DNA of 64,000 nt from Anthoceros angustus (taxonomy: Eukaryota > Plantae > Anthocerotophyta). Positions within the stretch are counted from its first letter, which is position 1. Every line of letters starts with the position of its first letter. The position numbers were made by a program, and so were the translations under genes. The stretch spans positions 1,054,001-1,118,000 of the forward strand of contig MU008173.1 of assembly GCA_010909165.1 (NCBI GenBank). Reading direction: 5' to 3'. The notes under the pieces are model-generated. The model had not been told where the DNA came from. It made no database searches and worked only from the letters and a program-made list of their open reading frames with translations. Below are positions 9,868 through 22,057 of the stretch, piece by piece.

Positions 9868-12800
9868 ATGGCCGCGCCAACCGTTCTTGAAGCCGATACC
9901 TTCGTGTCTTCGAAGAAGTCCAAGGATCGGCATCTGCGGAAGAGGGATTATGATCGGGATGACGAGTCGGAGGAGGACTACGATGTTCGGGAGCCGGACA
10001 GAGCTCACGAGAAGAAGAAATCTCGGAGCAGGAAGGACAAGGGGGAACGGGACAGAGATAGGGATAGGGATAAGGATAAGGGGAGGGATGGAGATGGTGA
10101 GCGGGAGAGGGGCCGGGGGAAGGATCGTGATAAGGACAAGGGGAGGGATCGGGACGGGGAGAAGGTGAGGGAGTCCAAGGAGAGGCACCGGGACAAGGAG
10201 AAGCATAAGGAGGAGCGAGCTCGGGAGAAGGAGAAGGTCAGAGAGGAGCGGGAGAGGGAGAAGGAGAGGCTGAGGGAGCAGAAGGAGCGGCAGCGGGAGG
10301 AGAAGGAGAGGCAGCGGGAGGTGAAGGAGAGGCTGCGGGAGGAGAAGGAGAGGCTTAAGGAGCAGAAGGAGCAGAGGGAGAAGGATAAAGCGAGGGAGAA
10401 GGAGCTGAGGGAGGAGAAGGCGAGGGAGAAGGAGGAGAAGGAGGCGAGGGAGAGGGAGAAGGCGAGGGAGAAGGAGGAGAAGGAGGTGAGGGAGAGGGAG
10501 AAGGCGAGGGTGAAGGAGGAGAAGGTGAGGCTCAAGGAGGAGAAGGAGAAGGAGAGGTTGCGGGAGGAGAGGGAGAGGGAGAGGGAGAGGGAGAAGGAGA
10601 AGGAGAGGTTGCGGGAGGAGAGGGAGAGGGAGAAGGAGAGGTTGCGGGAGGAGAGGGAGAGGGAGAAGGAGAAGGAGAGGTTGCGGGAGGAGAGGGAGAG
10701 GGAGAGGGAGAAGGAGAGGTTGAGGGAGGAGAAGGAGCAACGGGAGAAGGAGAGGTTGAGAGAGGAGAAGGAGCAGAGGGAGAGGGAGAGGTTGAGGGAG
10801 GAGAAGGAGCAAAGGGAGAGGGAGAGGGAGAGGTTGAGGGAGGAGCGGGAGCAGAGGGAGAGGGAGAGGCTCCGAGCAGAGAAGGAACAGCAGGAAAGGG
10901 AACAAAAAGAGAAGGAGCTGCGAGAGGAGAAGGAGCGGAGAGAGCGGGAGCTCAGGGAGCAGCTGGAGAGGGAGAGGGAGAGGGAGAGAGAGGAGCAGAG
11001 GTTGAGAGATGAAGAACGTGAGAAGGAAAGGATTCGGATGGAACTGGAAAGGGAGAAGAAGGAGAAGGAGGAGCGTGAACGGGAGAAGGAAAAGCTGAGA
11101 GAGGAGAGGGAAAGGGAGAGGAGGCTGGAGAAAGAGAAGCTCAAGGAAGAACGCTCTAGGGAGAAGGACAAGATCCGAGAGGAGAGGGAGCGTGAGAGGG
11201 AACGAGAACTTGACGCTGATGAGGCCGGGCGAGCAGACAAGGGAAGGGACAGGGAGAAGAAGGACAAGGATAGACACCGGGAGGAAAGAGATCGGGACAG
11301 AACCAAGGACCGTGACAAGGATAAACATGCCGACAGGGACAGGGAGAAGGTGAAGGACAAGGAGAAAGATAAGGAGAAGAAGCGGAGAGATCGCGACAAG
11401 GAGCGGGAAAGGCAGAAGGATAGGGAACGGGAGAGGGATGAAGACGATGATCGGGATCGGGACAGAAAGCGCAGGAAAAGGGAGGAAGGTGGGGATCACA
11501 AAGATCGAGAGCGGGACAGGCAAAAGGATCGAGACAGAACAGAGGAAGATGGTCCGGAGAGAGATAGGAAGAGGAAAAGGCGGGAGGATGAGGCTGAGAA
11601 AGGTGAAGGTAAACCGAAGAAGGATGTGGAGGAGGAGGATGCAGACGAAGAACAGAGAAAGCTGGATGAGGAAATGGAAAAACGCCGAAGACGTGTGCAA
11701 GAGTGGCAAGAACTGCGTCGAAGGAAAGAGGAGGAGGAACGAAAAAAGAGAGGTGATGTAGAGGAAGTCGTGGAGCCGGATAACAATGCAAAGAAGGCAT
11801 GGACGCTGGAAGGAGAGGAGTCAGATGATGAGGACCTTCCCAAGGTTGAAGATTCAATGAAAACTGATGGGGATGTAGAGTCCAAGGTTCCCTCTCAAGA
11901 AAATGGGGACCTTGTGATGGCAGAGGCGGATGCTGCTGCGGGGACAGTTGCAGCTGCAGTTGGACAGACAGGGGCGGCGCTAGATGCTGTACCAGCACCA
12001 CAGACTGCAGAAATGCAGGGGAAAATTGGCAATGAAGGTGAGCCTGCTGCAGATGCAAAGCCAATGGAAGAACAGGAGGATGAAATAGACCCCTTAGATG
12101 CTTTCATGAATGCTATGGTCATACCCGAGGTTGAGAAGCTGAATAATATGGAGTCCTCCCTGCCCGAGGTGCCCAAGCCTGAGAAGGAACCTGTCCATCT
12201 TCTCAAGGACAGGAGAGTGGCTGATACTGGACGATATTCCAAGAAAAATCCACGGAATGTAACAGGGAGGATAATTCCAGGGGAGGACTCAGCATCCGAG
12301 GATGAGAGAGAGGAAGGGGAGGGCGCAGTTGGTGATGAAGAAGATGATGACTTTTTGAAGCGGGTGAAGAAGACCAAGGCGGATAAGCTAGCACCTGTCG
12401 ACCACTCTAAGATTCATTATCCATCCTTCAGAAAGAACTTCTACATTGAAGTGAAGGAAATTGCAAGAATGGAACAAGAGGAGGTTGCAGCATCCAGAAA
12501 AGAACTAGAGCTGAAAATTAGAGGGAAGGATGTGCCCCGGGCTGTCAAGACTTGGAATCAAACTGGTTTGAGCAGTAAGGTGCTAGACGTCATCAAGAAG
12601 TTAGGGTTTGAAAAGCCAATGCCTATCCAGGCCCAGGCGCTTCCCATTATCATGAGTGGTCGAGACTGCATTGGAATAGCAAAAACCGGTTCAGGTAAGA
12701 CCCTTGCCTTTGTGTTGCCCATGCTGAGGCACATTATGGATCAGCCCCCTTTGGTTCAAGGGGATGGGCCTATTGGCCTCATCATGGCCCCAACCCGTGA

Positions 12801-14631
12801 GCTCGTCCAGCAAATATACAATGACATCAAAAGGTTCTCAAAGGTGCTAGGCCTGAGCTGTGTTCCCATTTATGGAGGCTCTGGTGTTGCACAGCAAATC
12901 AGTGATTTGAAACGAGGGACTGAAATTGTAGTGTGCACACCTGGGAGAATGATTGACATCCTGTGCACGAGTGCTGGCAAGATCACAAATCTTCGCAGGG
13001 TCACGTACTTTGTGATGGATGAAGCTGATCGCATGTTTGACATGGGGTTTGAACCACAAATCACCAGGATTGTGCAGAACACCAGGCCGGATCGGCAGAC
13101 TGTGCTTTTCTCTGCCACATTTCCTCGGCAGGTTGAGGTATTGGCACGGAAGGTTCTTACCAAGCCCATTGAGATTCAAGTGGGTGGTCGGAGTGTCGTG
13201 AACAGGGATATCACACAAACAGTAGAGGTTCGGCCTGACAGTGAGAGGTTTCTCCGGATGTTGGAGCTTCTTGGTGAGTGGTATGAGAAGGGCAAAATCT
13301 TGATCTTTGTGCACTCTCAGGAGAAGTGTGATGGCTTGTTCAGAGATCTGCTTAAAGCTGGGTATCCTTGCTTGTCACTGCATGGTGCTAAAGACCAAAC
13401 TGATCGGGAATCGACGATAGCAGATTTCAAGACCAATGTGTGCAATTTGATGATCGCCACCAGTGTGGCTGCCCGGGGTCTGGATGTGAAGGAATTGGAG
13501 CTAGTTGTGAATTATGATGTTCCTAATCACTACGAGGATTATGTGCATCGGGTGGGCCGCACGGGTAGGGCTGGTCGGAAGGGTGTTGCAGTGACTTTCA
13601 TTTCCGTGGATGAGGAGAGATATGCACCTGATTTGGTGAAGGCATTGGAGCTCTCGGAACAGCCTGTCCCCGATGACTTGAAAAAACTAGCCGATGACTT
13701 TCTGGCTAAGGTTAGTCAGGGTACAGAGCAAGCACATGGCAGTGGGTATGGTGGGAGTGGGTTTAAGTTCAATGAAGAAGAGGATGAGGCTCGGAAGGCT
13801 GCCAAGAAGGCCCAGGCCAAAGAATATGGGTTTGAAGAGGATGAAGATAAGTCAGATTCCGACTCAGACGACGGCAGCATTCGCAAACAAGGAGGTGATC
13901 TATCAGAGGCAGCAGCTCAAGCTGCACAGGCAGCTGCTCTTGCAGCTGCTACCAAAGCTGTCCAGCCATCTACCACCAATCCACAGTTCCAGGCAGCTCT
14001 CTTAGCCGCCCAGGCTGCTGCAAGTAGAAGTCTTCAGGCGAATAGTTTGCCAGGCATGATGTCAGGCATCCCAGGTCTTACAGGTCTGACGGGTGTTGCG
14101 GGCATGAACATGGCAGGCATGATGGGTGGTCTGGTGGGAATGCAAGGACTTGCAGGAATGACAGCAATGACAAGTCTTGGTCTAACAGGTTTTCCCAATG
14201 GTATGGGTGTCCCGAACCCTTCTGGCAGTGCAATGGGAGATGGAGCAGCGAGGGCTGCTGCCTATGCGGCAGCACTTAATCTGCAACACAATCTGGCCAA
14301 GATCCAGGCAGATGCGATGACAGAGCATTATGAAGCAGAGTTAGAGATTAATGATTTCCCCCAACATGCGCGCTGGAAAGTTACTCACAAGGATGCTTTG
14401 GGGCAGATTAGTGAATGGACAGGAGCTGCCATAACAACTCGAGGGCAGTATTTTCCTACGGGAAAGAATCCTGCACCAGGGGAGCGGAAGTTGTTTTTGT
14501 TCATTGAAGGCCCCACGGAAGCTTCAGTGAAAAAGGCAAAGGCTGAGATCAAGCGCATCCTTGAGGAGTCCACATCTGCTGCCATCTCTCTCCCTGGCTC
14601 TACCCAACCTGGGAAGTATTCTGTCTTGTAA
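9868..14631 (+). CDS. RH42: DEAD-box RNA helicase, Prp5/DDX46 (plant RH42/RCF1-like), intronless, 1587 aa
   Basis: Motifs [46 protein letters not shown] and [10 protein letters not shown]. Prp5-specific N-terminal DPLDAFM and C-terminal KH-like region ([18 protein letters not shown]...). Long RE/RD-rich N-terminus. Confidence 0.96.
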   Translation: MAAPTVLEADTFVSSKKSKDRHLRKRDYDRDDESEEDYDVREPDRAHEKKKSRSRKDKGERDRDRDRDKDKGRDGDGERERGRGKDRDKDKGRDRDGEKVRESKERHRDKEKHKEERAREKEKVREEREREKERLREQKERQREEKERQREVKERLREEKERLKEQKEQREKDKAREKELREEKAREKEEKEAREREKAREKEEKEVREREKARVKEEKVRLKEEKEKERLREEREREREREKEKERLREEREREKERLREEREREKEKERLREEREREREKERLREEKEQREKERLREEKEQRERERLREEKEQRERERERLREEREQRERERLRAEKEQQEREQKEKELREEKERRERELREQLEREREREREEQRLRDEEREKERIRMELEREKKEKEEREREKEKLREERERERRLEKEKLKEERSREKDKIREERERERERELDADEAGRADKGRDREKKDKDRHREERDRDRTKDRDKDKHADRDREKVKDKEKDKEKKRRDRDKERERQKDRERERDEDDDRDRDRKRRKREEGGDHKDRERDRQKDRDRTEEDGPERDRKRKRREDEAEKGEGKPKKDVEEEDADEEQRKLDEEMEKRRRRVQEWQELRRRKEEEERKKRGDVEEVVEPDNNAKKAWTLEGEESDDEDLPKVEDSMKTDGDVESKVPSQENGDLVMAEADAAAGTVAAAVGQTGAALDAVPAPQTAEMQGKIGNEGEPAADAKPMEEQEDEIDPLDAFMNAMVIPEVEKLNNMESSLPEVPKPEKEPVHLLKDRRVADTGRYSKKNPRNVTGRIIPGEDSASEDEREEGEGAVGDEEDDDFLKRVKKTKADKLAPVDHSKIHYPSFRKNFYIEVKEIARMEQEEVAASRKELELKIRGKDVPRAVKTWNQTGLSSKVLDVIKKLGFEKPMPIQAQALPIIMSGRDCIGIAKTGSGKTLAFVLPMLRHIMDQPPLVQGDGPIGLIMAPTRELVQQIYNDIKRFSKVLGLSCVPIYGGSGVAQQISDLKRGTEIVVCTPGRMIDILCTSAGKITNLRRVTYFVMDEADRMFDMGFEPQITRIVQNTRPDRQTVLFSATFPRQVEVLARKVLTKPIEIQVGGRSVVNRDITQTVEVRPDSERFLRMLELLGEWYEKGKILIFVHSQEKCDGLFRDLLKAGYPCLSLHGAKDQTDRESTIADFKTNVCNLMIATSVAARGLDVKELELVVNYDVPNHYEDYVHRVGRTGRAGRKGVAVTFISVDEERYAPDLVKALELSEQPVPDDLKKLADDFLAKVSQGTEQAHGSGYGGSGFKFNEEEDEARKAAKKAQAKEYGFEEDEDKSDSDSDDGSIRKQGGDLSEAAAQAAQAAALAAATKAVQPSTTNPQFQAALLAAQAAASRSLQANSLPGMMSGIPGLTGLTGVAGMNMAGMMGGLVGMQGLAGMTAMTSLGLTGFPNGMGVPNPSGSAMGDGAARAAAYAAALNLQHNLAKIQADAMTEHYEAELEINDFPQHARWKVTHKDALGQISEWTGAAITTRGQYFPTGKNPAPGERKLFLFIEGPTEASVKKAKAEIKRILEESTSAAISLPGSTQPGKYSVL

Positions 14632-15809
14632 TTTCTAATTGGGGGAAGGTTTTGGTGTGTAGGACTGTTGACTTAGATGATAACATAATCCGCTAAGGTT
14701 CCCATATTATGGTGTAGATTGGCTTCCTCAGAAGCTGGACTTGGCTGAAGATGTCATGGCAACAAGTCACATCTGTTTGGATTATATTAAGAGAACTCTG
14801 TGCTGTATTTGTGACCCTTGTTGTACCATCTTGTGTGGTTGGACGGCCTGGTTTTGGGTAATGGCATTGACAGGCCTATTTTCTGGCTTGCAGGGAATGT
14901 CTGGAAGTTGGCTATGGCCCTGAAAGGGACCTTGTGCTGTGCAGCTTGACACCCTTTGCACACCCGTGTAAATAACTAGGAAGGTGCTTTGCTTTTGAGA
15001 TGTTTGGTTTCGTTGATTGCACCTTTCTCATCAGTGGTACTGACGTGTGTCTTCGTTGAAGGGCTGGCAACCAACTAGACGTTGTTGCGTTGTGTCCCTG
15101 AGAACAGGGAGTGGTTGAATGTAACCTTCCTGAGCTTGTCTCGAGCTCCGTTTAGTCTGAAGCAGTGATATGGCTTCCTGCGCAGACTGTCCACTCTCCC
15201 GGTCTGCCAAGGGCCCTGGCTAGCCGCGAGCTCGGCTCTCTCTCCGGGTTGGCTGTGGAGGGGGGCACGTCCCACTAACAATCGAGCTAGGCATGTGATG
15301 CATGTTCTTTGATTTCTAGTCGATGACCGACGTTAGGCCTAGCCCACGGTGCAGGCCTCCTTCTGGCTGTGCTATCACACGTGCTGTTAGGCGAAATTTG
15401 CCTACTCTCCTTCGTCCCTCTTCTGGGAATTAATCTCTTCAGTTTGTCAGCTTCCCTTGTGTATTCCAGAACTCTAGTCCGCGGTTGACTAGCAGCATCC
15501 CCGCAACACACTGCAGAGGAGTCATTGTGTTTTAGGCTCAGGGTGCCAGGCCTGTTAGATTCAAATCCTTGCACGGCAACGGCGGTGTACCCCAATATGG
15601 GGCCATTTCGTGCCATCTTTAGTGAGACCCAAGCCGTAAAATCTAGCTTGTTCTTCCACAGAGAGAGACTGCCCACCATCATAAACCTGCATCACAACTC
15701 CGGACACATTTCATGTGCCCTTGCGACCCATGGGGGATGGTTAGCGTCCTGCCATTGTTTGTTGTGTACATAAATATTGCTGGAGAGACATTACAATAGA
15801 ATCCAGGAC

Positions 15810-16012
15810 CTCCTCCGTTCTGAAATTACTAATCCCAACGTGGGATAGCTCTTAGAGCGGGATACTCCTATTTAGAGAAAGCTGCTGCCACCTCGGTTCC
15901 CGCACACAAAACACTCGCCTCATCTCATTCATGCTAATCAGAGGAAGATACCTTACGCTACCATCCAGGGAATGCTGCGCATTGATCAAGACTCCAGAGC
16001 ACCACCTACAAG
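15810..16012 (+). repeat. About 200-bp dispersed repeat, copy 1 (copy 2 at 63296-63508)
   Basis: Both copies read ctcctccgttct...gtgggatagc...ctatttagagaaagctgc..cacctcggttcc...ggaagatacctt.cgctaccatccaggga...tgatcaag.ctccagagcaccacctacaag. Confidence 0.8.
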
Positions 16013-16149
16013 AAACTGCAGCCGATGTCCCTGCCCCTCCCTGCTGCTGCCATCGATGCTTCGTGCCCCTCCCTGCTGCTGCCATCAATGCTCCCTGCTC
16101 TTGCTGCCGTGGCCGATCCCCCCTGGCCGCGCCGCGGCGGGGCCAGGGC

Positions 16150-17140
16150 ATCGGTAAGGTATTCTATATCTACCGCCTACCAAAGCAGTATGGGCAGGCG
16201 CAGCGGGCAATCCTTCTGGACTCTACTATTCCCCGGCTTTTCTTGTCCGCATTCGCTCTTGCTGGGGGAACGGAGCACGCTCTTGGCTTTTGGCTTTTGG
16301 CTCGGCCTTGCATCCAGGCATTCCGAATCGCACCAGCTTCTTTTTCTACTGCAATGAAGTTCCGCCTAGGTTTGGTCCAGCCTCTGGCCTGTTCTCTCTC
16401 GGCATGCAGCTGTAGCCCCCCCTTGACATCCCACCTGGCTCACTGTCCAATCGGAGGGCAACGTATCGCTACGCATGATGCCGTTCGTGACGTCATGTTC
16501 TCCATACCAAGGAGAGCAGTTATTTTCCATATTGGGAGCGCGTCCATACATACTGCGCAATGGGGTGTCGTTCAAGGAGGATATATTTTTGATCCGGGGA
16601 GACCACATCTCTGTTGTGGATGTCGTCATAATGGACCGTACCCATAAATCCATTTGTGAGCATGTCATTATCAACCCTCTGGGCTGGGCGGCAAAGGGAT
16701 GCGTGACTGCCAAGGTACACAAGTATACACCTTTACAAGACGGCCGCGCCTTCATCTCCTCACCATTGAGACTCACGGGGCTATGTGCAAGGATTTTTTC
16801 CGTCTCATTAAGAATTGTGCTAAAGCCTACCACAGTTGTCGGAACGAAGTGGGTCTCCCTCTTTCCTTGGTGGAGGCTTTCTTTCGATAGCGGGTATCCA
16901 TCGCCTTACTGAGGACGCTGGCCAATGCTATTTACAGGACGGCAACGAGCACAGGAGACGTGGCGTCATCGACAACAATTGTAGGTAGGCCTTTCCTCAT
17001 CTTCGACCACAACATGATCGGAAAGGTAGCTTCGGGGTTGGCATTCGATGGGCCAACCCCCTGGCTCTTGCCCTTTAGTGGGTTGTTCCCCCTTGGTTCG
17101 GATAGATGTTTTCCCATCTCTTCTTTTTAATGAAGTCTCC
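16150..17140 (+). mobile_element. CRE-like non-LTR retrotransposon 3' end (CCHC zinc finger, restriction-like endonuclease, 3' UTR)
   Basis: FSTAMKFRLGLVQPLAC...CSC....SHLAHCPIGGQRIATHDAVRDV, EDIFLIRGDHISVVDVVI, AAKGCVTAKVHKY, TIETHGAM, RVSIALLRTLANAIY; the 3' UTR ends ttttcccatctcttctttttaatgaagtctcc. Confidence 0.75.
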
Positions 17141-17186
17141 ACTGTACCCACGGAACATGGGGGAGCAACTTGTAGAAATGCTACTT

Positions 17187-17793
17187 GGAAACTTTATTAT
17201 AAAAAAGAGATGGGAAAACCCTACCTACCACACTAAGGATATCAAAATCGGGAAAACGAAAGGGCCTACCCACCACTAGTGCCCAAGAAGCCGCCTGCCC
17301 TGTGCTTGCCGTCGTCCTGTACACCGTGTTGGCCAATGCCCGCTGCAGGGCGATGGACACTCGTTGCCTGTAGAAAGCCACGATACATGAAAGAGGAAGG
17401 CTCAATGGATCTCGATGGCAAGGGGGTTGAAGGCGTGCCCTTGCTGCACAGGAGAGTACTTACGAACCTTCGCCGTGGCACATCCCTCCGCCGCCCACCC
17501 CGGAGGGTTGAGGATCATATGCTCACTGACGGAATCCCGAGTAGGGTCAGTAACAAACACATCTGCAACCGAAACCTGGTCCCCCTAAGCAAGAGCGGAG
17601 ACGGGCACGAGCCGCCCTGGGGATGGACGAGTCCCGAAGAAGGGCCACCTGCGCCTGTCGATATTGCTTCTTTAAGAGGGACGCTTGAAGCCCGCGGAAT
17701 CCGACCTCGGTGAGCGAAGCAAAAGAAGGTAAGGTAGCCCTAGCCTATATGGGTAGGAGCTAAGCAATCTGGATTTGAAACTCCACATTGGAT
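17187..17793 (-). mobile_element. Second CRE-like element, 3' part (RLE domain and 3' UTR), tail-to-tail with the plus-strand copy
   Basis: Minus strand: QVSVADVFVTDPTRDSVSEHMILNPPGWAAEGCATAKVRKYSPVQQGHAFNPLAIEIH and YRQRVSIALQRALANTVYR; the 3' UTR ends ttttcccatctcttttttataataaagtttcc. Confidence 0.75.
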
Positions 17794-19728
17794 TGTGTCT
17801 TTGAGTGATTTTTGTTTTTTTTTTAAGTTTGGTGTCAAAGAGCTAGGTTATGAGTAGGAAGGGATATTTATACTAGAAAGTGTCCTTGACCTATGAGTTT
17901 TGGGTTGTTTCTGGTTGAATAATAATCGGTCCTTGGACTATGAACTCGATACTCCTTGGCCTTTGGTCTCGGAATATCTAATAGAAAGTCTATATATGTG
18001 GGAGGGTCCCCATATTTGGGAGGTCCGTAGGCTAGAGGTCGAACCAATAGGGCAGTTGAGCTGGTGTGTGGTCGTGGGGGTGTGGGACTATGTTTGAAGG
18101 CGGTTGGCGGCGGGCGGTCGTGGAAGGAAGGAGCGGTCGCGGAAGAAGTGGTAGCGGAAGCCGGTTGGCGGTCGTAGAGTTTAGGAAATATAACCCTAAG
18201 GGAACTCGGAAGGAAGGAGCGGTCGCGGAAGAAGTGGTAGCTCAGACGATCACAGCAGGCACGAGCTCGCACGTCATAAGGCGAGGCCACAGTGGCGGAG
18301 CTCGCGATTCTGGAAGGAAGAAACCACAGGGGGCCAAGTTGGAGATTAGGCGAGTTATCAGCAATTGAGTGGCGTGAGGGTTTTGCAGAGCATGGCGCAA
18401 GGTTGCAGTGAAATTTGGCCAATGGCCAAATATGGACCATTGGAGGGTCAGGTGGAGGATTGGTGAGGGGAGGCTGGGACTTGGGATCATGGAAAAAGCA
18501 GTGGAGAGTTTATGGGAGGATTTTCCGGATCGAACGAGGAAGGAGGACCCATAAATTCAGCAAAGGACGAAGGGCGGCGACCAAATCGGAGGGGAGTGCG
18601 GAGATAACATGGGCGGGGAGTAGTGGCATCCTAGGAATAGAACTTTGGATAGGATGCCATCTTGGACCTAAGGCCGTCCAGTGTAGGGCCTCTTGGCGTT
18701 GCCGTTTTAGGACTGGAAAGTCGGTGGCTATGGCGACAATTGTATAAAGGGGCTTGGTTGTGCCCCTCACATCGAGATAACTCTGGTTGAGATCCCCACG
18801 CTGCTGTGGCTGGTTGGAGACGTCCGATTGATGAGGTGGTGTGCGCGAGACGCCCTAGGGGTGGTCGAGAGCTTGCTCCAACGGGGAGGAGGGGTGATAG
18901 AGCAATCTTGGCGACAAAGGAGGAGGAAACCAAGGGATTGGCGCGGGCGGGTGGAGCTTGCTCGTAACGGCCTTGAGGGGTTCTTCTTTCCTTCACCCTT
19001 GTTCCTGTTAGTTGTGTTCGAAATTGAGAGAGAAGTGTTGAGTGGATGGTTGGAAGCCTGCGGGCGAATTGAGGGAGAGAGAGAGAGAGAGAAGATTGGG
19101 TGAAGGAGTGATTGAACACTGTACGCGATGCGAGGTGTAAGAGGAGTTGAGAAGGGGAATTAATTGAGAGACTAACAGTGGAGATTTGTGTGGATCCAAA
19201 ATAATCCAAACCGGTGTTGTTGGTGGAAGTGTGCACAAGAGGAAACAGCATTCCTTGTGGAATTGTGTGAGGGTGGCGCCCTTTGTGTGTGTGAGAGAAC
19301 GGTTGAGAGGGATTTGGTCTCTAGGAATTGGTGTGTGCATGAAGTGTGGAGTGCCAAATAAAGTCTGATCTATGAGCACTGGTAGCTGCCCGTGCCAGGG
19401 ATCCGCGGCGCCGTACGCCAGAGATGAGTTGCTAGGGTTTGGTGTGGGACCCACCTCGGTAGTCGTAGCAACTACCCGGTAGTGGAATGAGATTTGCGGT
19501 CGTGGAATGAGATTTGCGGTCGTGGAATGAGATTTGCGGTCGTTGGACAAGTCGAGAGGTAGTAGTAGTTGAGTAGATAGGTAAGAGGAGTGATAGTGTA
19601 AGTCGACTTAGGCAAGGTCGAGTGATAGAAGTTAGCGTCTCTTGGCACAAACCATTCCCTTGGGAGCGAATCCTAGGCCTACAACGACATTGAGGGTGAA
19701 TGTGGACCTCACGGTGTCCCTAGACACA
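17794..19728 (+). mobile_element. Solo LTR (about 1.9 kb) related to the Athila-like LTR at 34404-36724, inserted in the CRE-like element
   Basis: Perfect terminal inverted heptamer TGTGTCT...AGACACA. The 3' part (caaaccattcccttggga.cgaatcctagg.cta.aacgacat.gagggt.aatgtgg) matches the LTR end at 36630-36690. Flanks (tggat / aattc) do not form a TSD. Confidence 0.65.
19482..19541 (+). repeat. Tandem repeat, 3 x 20 bp (gtggaatgagatttgcggtc), inside the solo LTR
   Basis: Read directly. Confidence 0.9.
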
Positions 19729-20400
19729 AATTCACACTCCACAGGAACCTATAGCCAAACGGAGGGACAATTGCAGGGAAAAACGCCTTCCTCCACTCCT
19801 GCGACGAAGGACTCTAAAATGCTACAATACCTAATGACGAAGCGAGAGACCAGGATCGGAGCAGAGAGGGCCTAACTCCCAAGGAAAACTACTGGTGGTG
19901 AGGCTTTCGTAGCCAAAAGACCAGTGCCCCCAAACGCGATAGGCAGGGACACCTGTCGCCTGGCCAAGTCCCAGCAGCGCACTCGAAGGTGCTTGGGCCA
20001 ATGATGTCGGCTAGCGCCTCTATAACCTACTCGTCAAAACCCCTCAGGCTAGACAAGAATCTCAGGAAGGGCGAAACTGCGCGGAGTAGGTAGCTTGGGT
20101 GCACAAAACAAGAAGATAGAATACCGAATGCCACTTGTGAACCCCCCAATTGGGAGAGATCACCGATATGTGCCAGGTCCGCATCCATGAATTCCTATAC
20201 AAAAACTAGGGGCCCATTGGGACCCCTAAAACCCGAAGGCCTTGTACAGATGCAATATTCCCTCAGGATACTGAAAAGAAGGCTAGAGGGGAACCATACT
20301 ATGCACTTCAAAATCTTCACCTTCAAACCGAGGCGAAAGAACTCCGAAGAGGAAAAAATCAAAAGCCTCCTTAACTTAGTCATCAAGGCTCATGATATGG
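19729..20400 (-). mobile_element. RT C-terminal/thumb part of the second CRE-like element (continues at 17793 beyond the solo LTR)
   Basis: LGLKVKILKCIVWFPSSL and WDLARRQVSLPIAFGGTGL...FLGS.AL.AP.LVSRF, the Q..LP...GG.GL motif typical of CRE-like RTs; stops and frameshifts present. Confidence 0.65.
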
Positions 20401-20408
20401 TGTTGTCC

Positions 20409-20492
20409 GCCACCACTTGAAAAATAGATGCCACCACTTGTAAAATAGATGCCACCACTTATAAAATAGATGCCACCACTTGTAAAATAGAT
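20409..20492 (+). repeat. Tandem repeat, 4 x 21 bp (gccaccacttgtaaaatagat)
   Basis: Read directly; minor unit variants. Confidence 0.9.
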
Positions 20493-21193
20493 TGTATCAT
20501 GAAAAACTGTGCACCATGTGAAACATTGTCGGATATAAGGAATGCACGACTCACAATACCCGCAAATTCCTAAAAAGCTGTGAAACCTGGACATGCGTCC
20601 ATGCGTAATGTGCTCCGAGTGGGACCACCCCGTCCAGACTAACAAGCATGACGGCGGTCATCATCAATCAGGTCATGCATGATACTTGGTGGAGGACTCT
20701 CTATTGCCAAGTGGCAGTGCTTATGAATCTATGACATAACTGCTACCAGGGATCACTCACTTTTCCCATGGCAGAATAAACAGCCGACTAGCTTTGAAGG
20801 GAGCATACATGGTCCGGATCATGTCATGCTGTCGATTAGGGAGGCTCGCATCTCGTTCACAATGGCAGTTGGCTGAGCTTCCCTCAGCTTGAAGACGCTC
20901 TCAACCACGAGATCTCGGTGGTAGAACGAGCCACGTAAAGCGGTCCAGTCGTTGGCAATGAGGCCGGCACCAATAACCTCGCTGCTTCGGTTGATAGTTC
21001 CCGCCACCAAGGGTACTTGCAACAACGTTGACAACTCTTTCTGGTCCTCGATTGATGTGTGAGGATGCACCTGTGTTTCAGGTTCAAACACATCCATCAA
21101 CCCACTTCATTAGCATCCACTGACGAATCCATCTCTCTCTCTCTCTCGCTCTGTGGTCGAATCATGAAAACAGAGCTCACCAGCCCTCCCCTG

Positions 21194-21365
21194 TGCTAAT
21201 TTACGAGCATGTGTGCAAGACACTAAACAATACACAAAAGCAAGAATACAACAACTATGTTTTACTCGCAATTAAAGCGTCTTATATACAACGTGTTTTC
21301 GTAATCCTAAAACACTTAACCCTAATGTAGGTTATAAACATTAAATAACCATTCGTTATTCAACA
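21194..21365 (-). repeat. Copia 3' LTR (172 bp), apparently identical to the 5' LTR copy at 29582-29753
   Basis: TGTTGAATAACG...AATTAGCA on the minus strand; no differences seen by eye. Confidence 0.92.
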
Positions 21366-21466
21366 CTCCCACTTAACCTACACTTAGGTTAAAAACCATT
21401 ACTTAACGAAACGGAAAACCCTAGACCCCGTTACTTCCACTATTCGCCGCCATCGCGACTGCAGCT

Positions 21467-22057
21467 GTGCTCCAGCAGTGGAGCATACTCTGCATAAGCG
21501 CTACTACCCTCTCGATTGCCGCTGCTCAGATCCTCACCCTGGTCCCCACGATGAGGACGCGCAGCGGAAGGGAGTATGCAGGGCCAACAGAGAGAACAAA
21601 GCGCGTGGTGCGAAGAAAGGTGGCGGCGTCAAGAGGATCAAGCTCAACCCGGATCGAGCTCCCCATCTCTCGACGATCGTGCCATGGCTCGACCATAATC
21701 TCACGGGCCATGTTCACCATTGGGAAGGTGAAGAGTGAGGAATCCACTCACTCTCACACAGCTACAAGCTCGAAAGCCTGGCTCCCACCGAACAGCTCAC
21801 TCACGCTCACCGGTGTGACCAAGGAGGATACAGCAAACGCCGACAACGACCCTTGCCCGCATGAAGTCCTTGTTGCGAAGATACGGGTCATAAACGAGAG
21901 AATGGCTGAGCTGGAAGCACTGCTTGCAGATGGGCGCATCCCTCTACCTTGCTCGACGGACGAACAGGAGGCAAAGGGAGAAAAACCATCTGGTACCAAG
22001 GAGCATACCTTCCCCTCCTCCTCTCAGGTTTTCCTCGTTATGTTGTTTTTGTTGTGA
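21467..22057 (+). CDS. Antisense extra ORF in the copia 3' internal region (likely start MRTRSG at about 21550; possibly spliced)
   Basis: 196-aa open frame between the RNase H stop and the PPT, with a basic N-terminus, a coiled-coil-like stretch (VAKIRVINERMAELEALLA), a telo-box-like aaaaccctag just upstream and a candidate GT..AG intron (about 21993-22169). Confidence 0.45.
   Translation: MLQQWSILCISATTLSIAAAQILTLVPTMRTRSGREYAGPTERTKRVVRRKVAASRGSSSTRIELPISRRSCHGSTIISRAMFTIGKVKSEESTHSHTATSSKAWLPPNSSLTLTGVTKEDTANADNDPCPHEVLVAKIRVINERMAELEALLADGRIPLPCSTDEQEAKGEKPSGTKEHTFPSSSQVFLVMLFLL

Noticed and set aside
9862-11709. Long minus-strand ORFs (615 aa Leu/Pro-rich, 464 aa Ser/Leu-rich)
   Set aside because: Shadow frames of the purine-rich GAG/AGG/AAG repeat in RH42; low complexity and no independent signals.
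15075-15780. GC-rich stretch downstream of RH42 considered as a possible ncRNA or small gene
   Set aside because: No tRNA, snRNA, 7SL or rRNA motif recognised, and the ORFs have no protein-like signature.
21300-21430. aaccctaa/aaccctag motifs as an interstitial telomere
   Set aside because: Isolated single copies, not an array; at most telo-box-like promoter elements.
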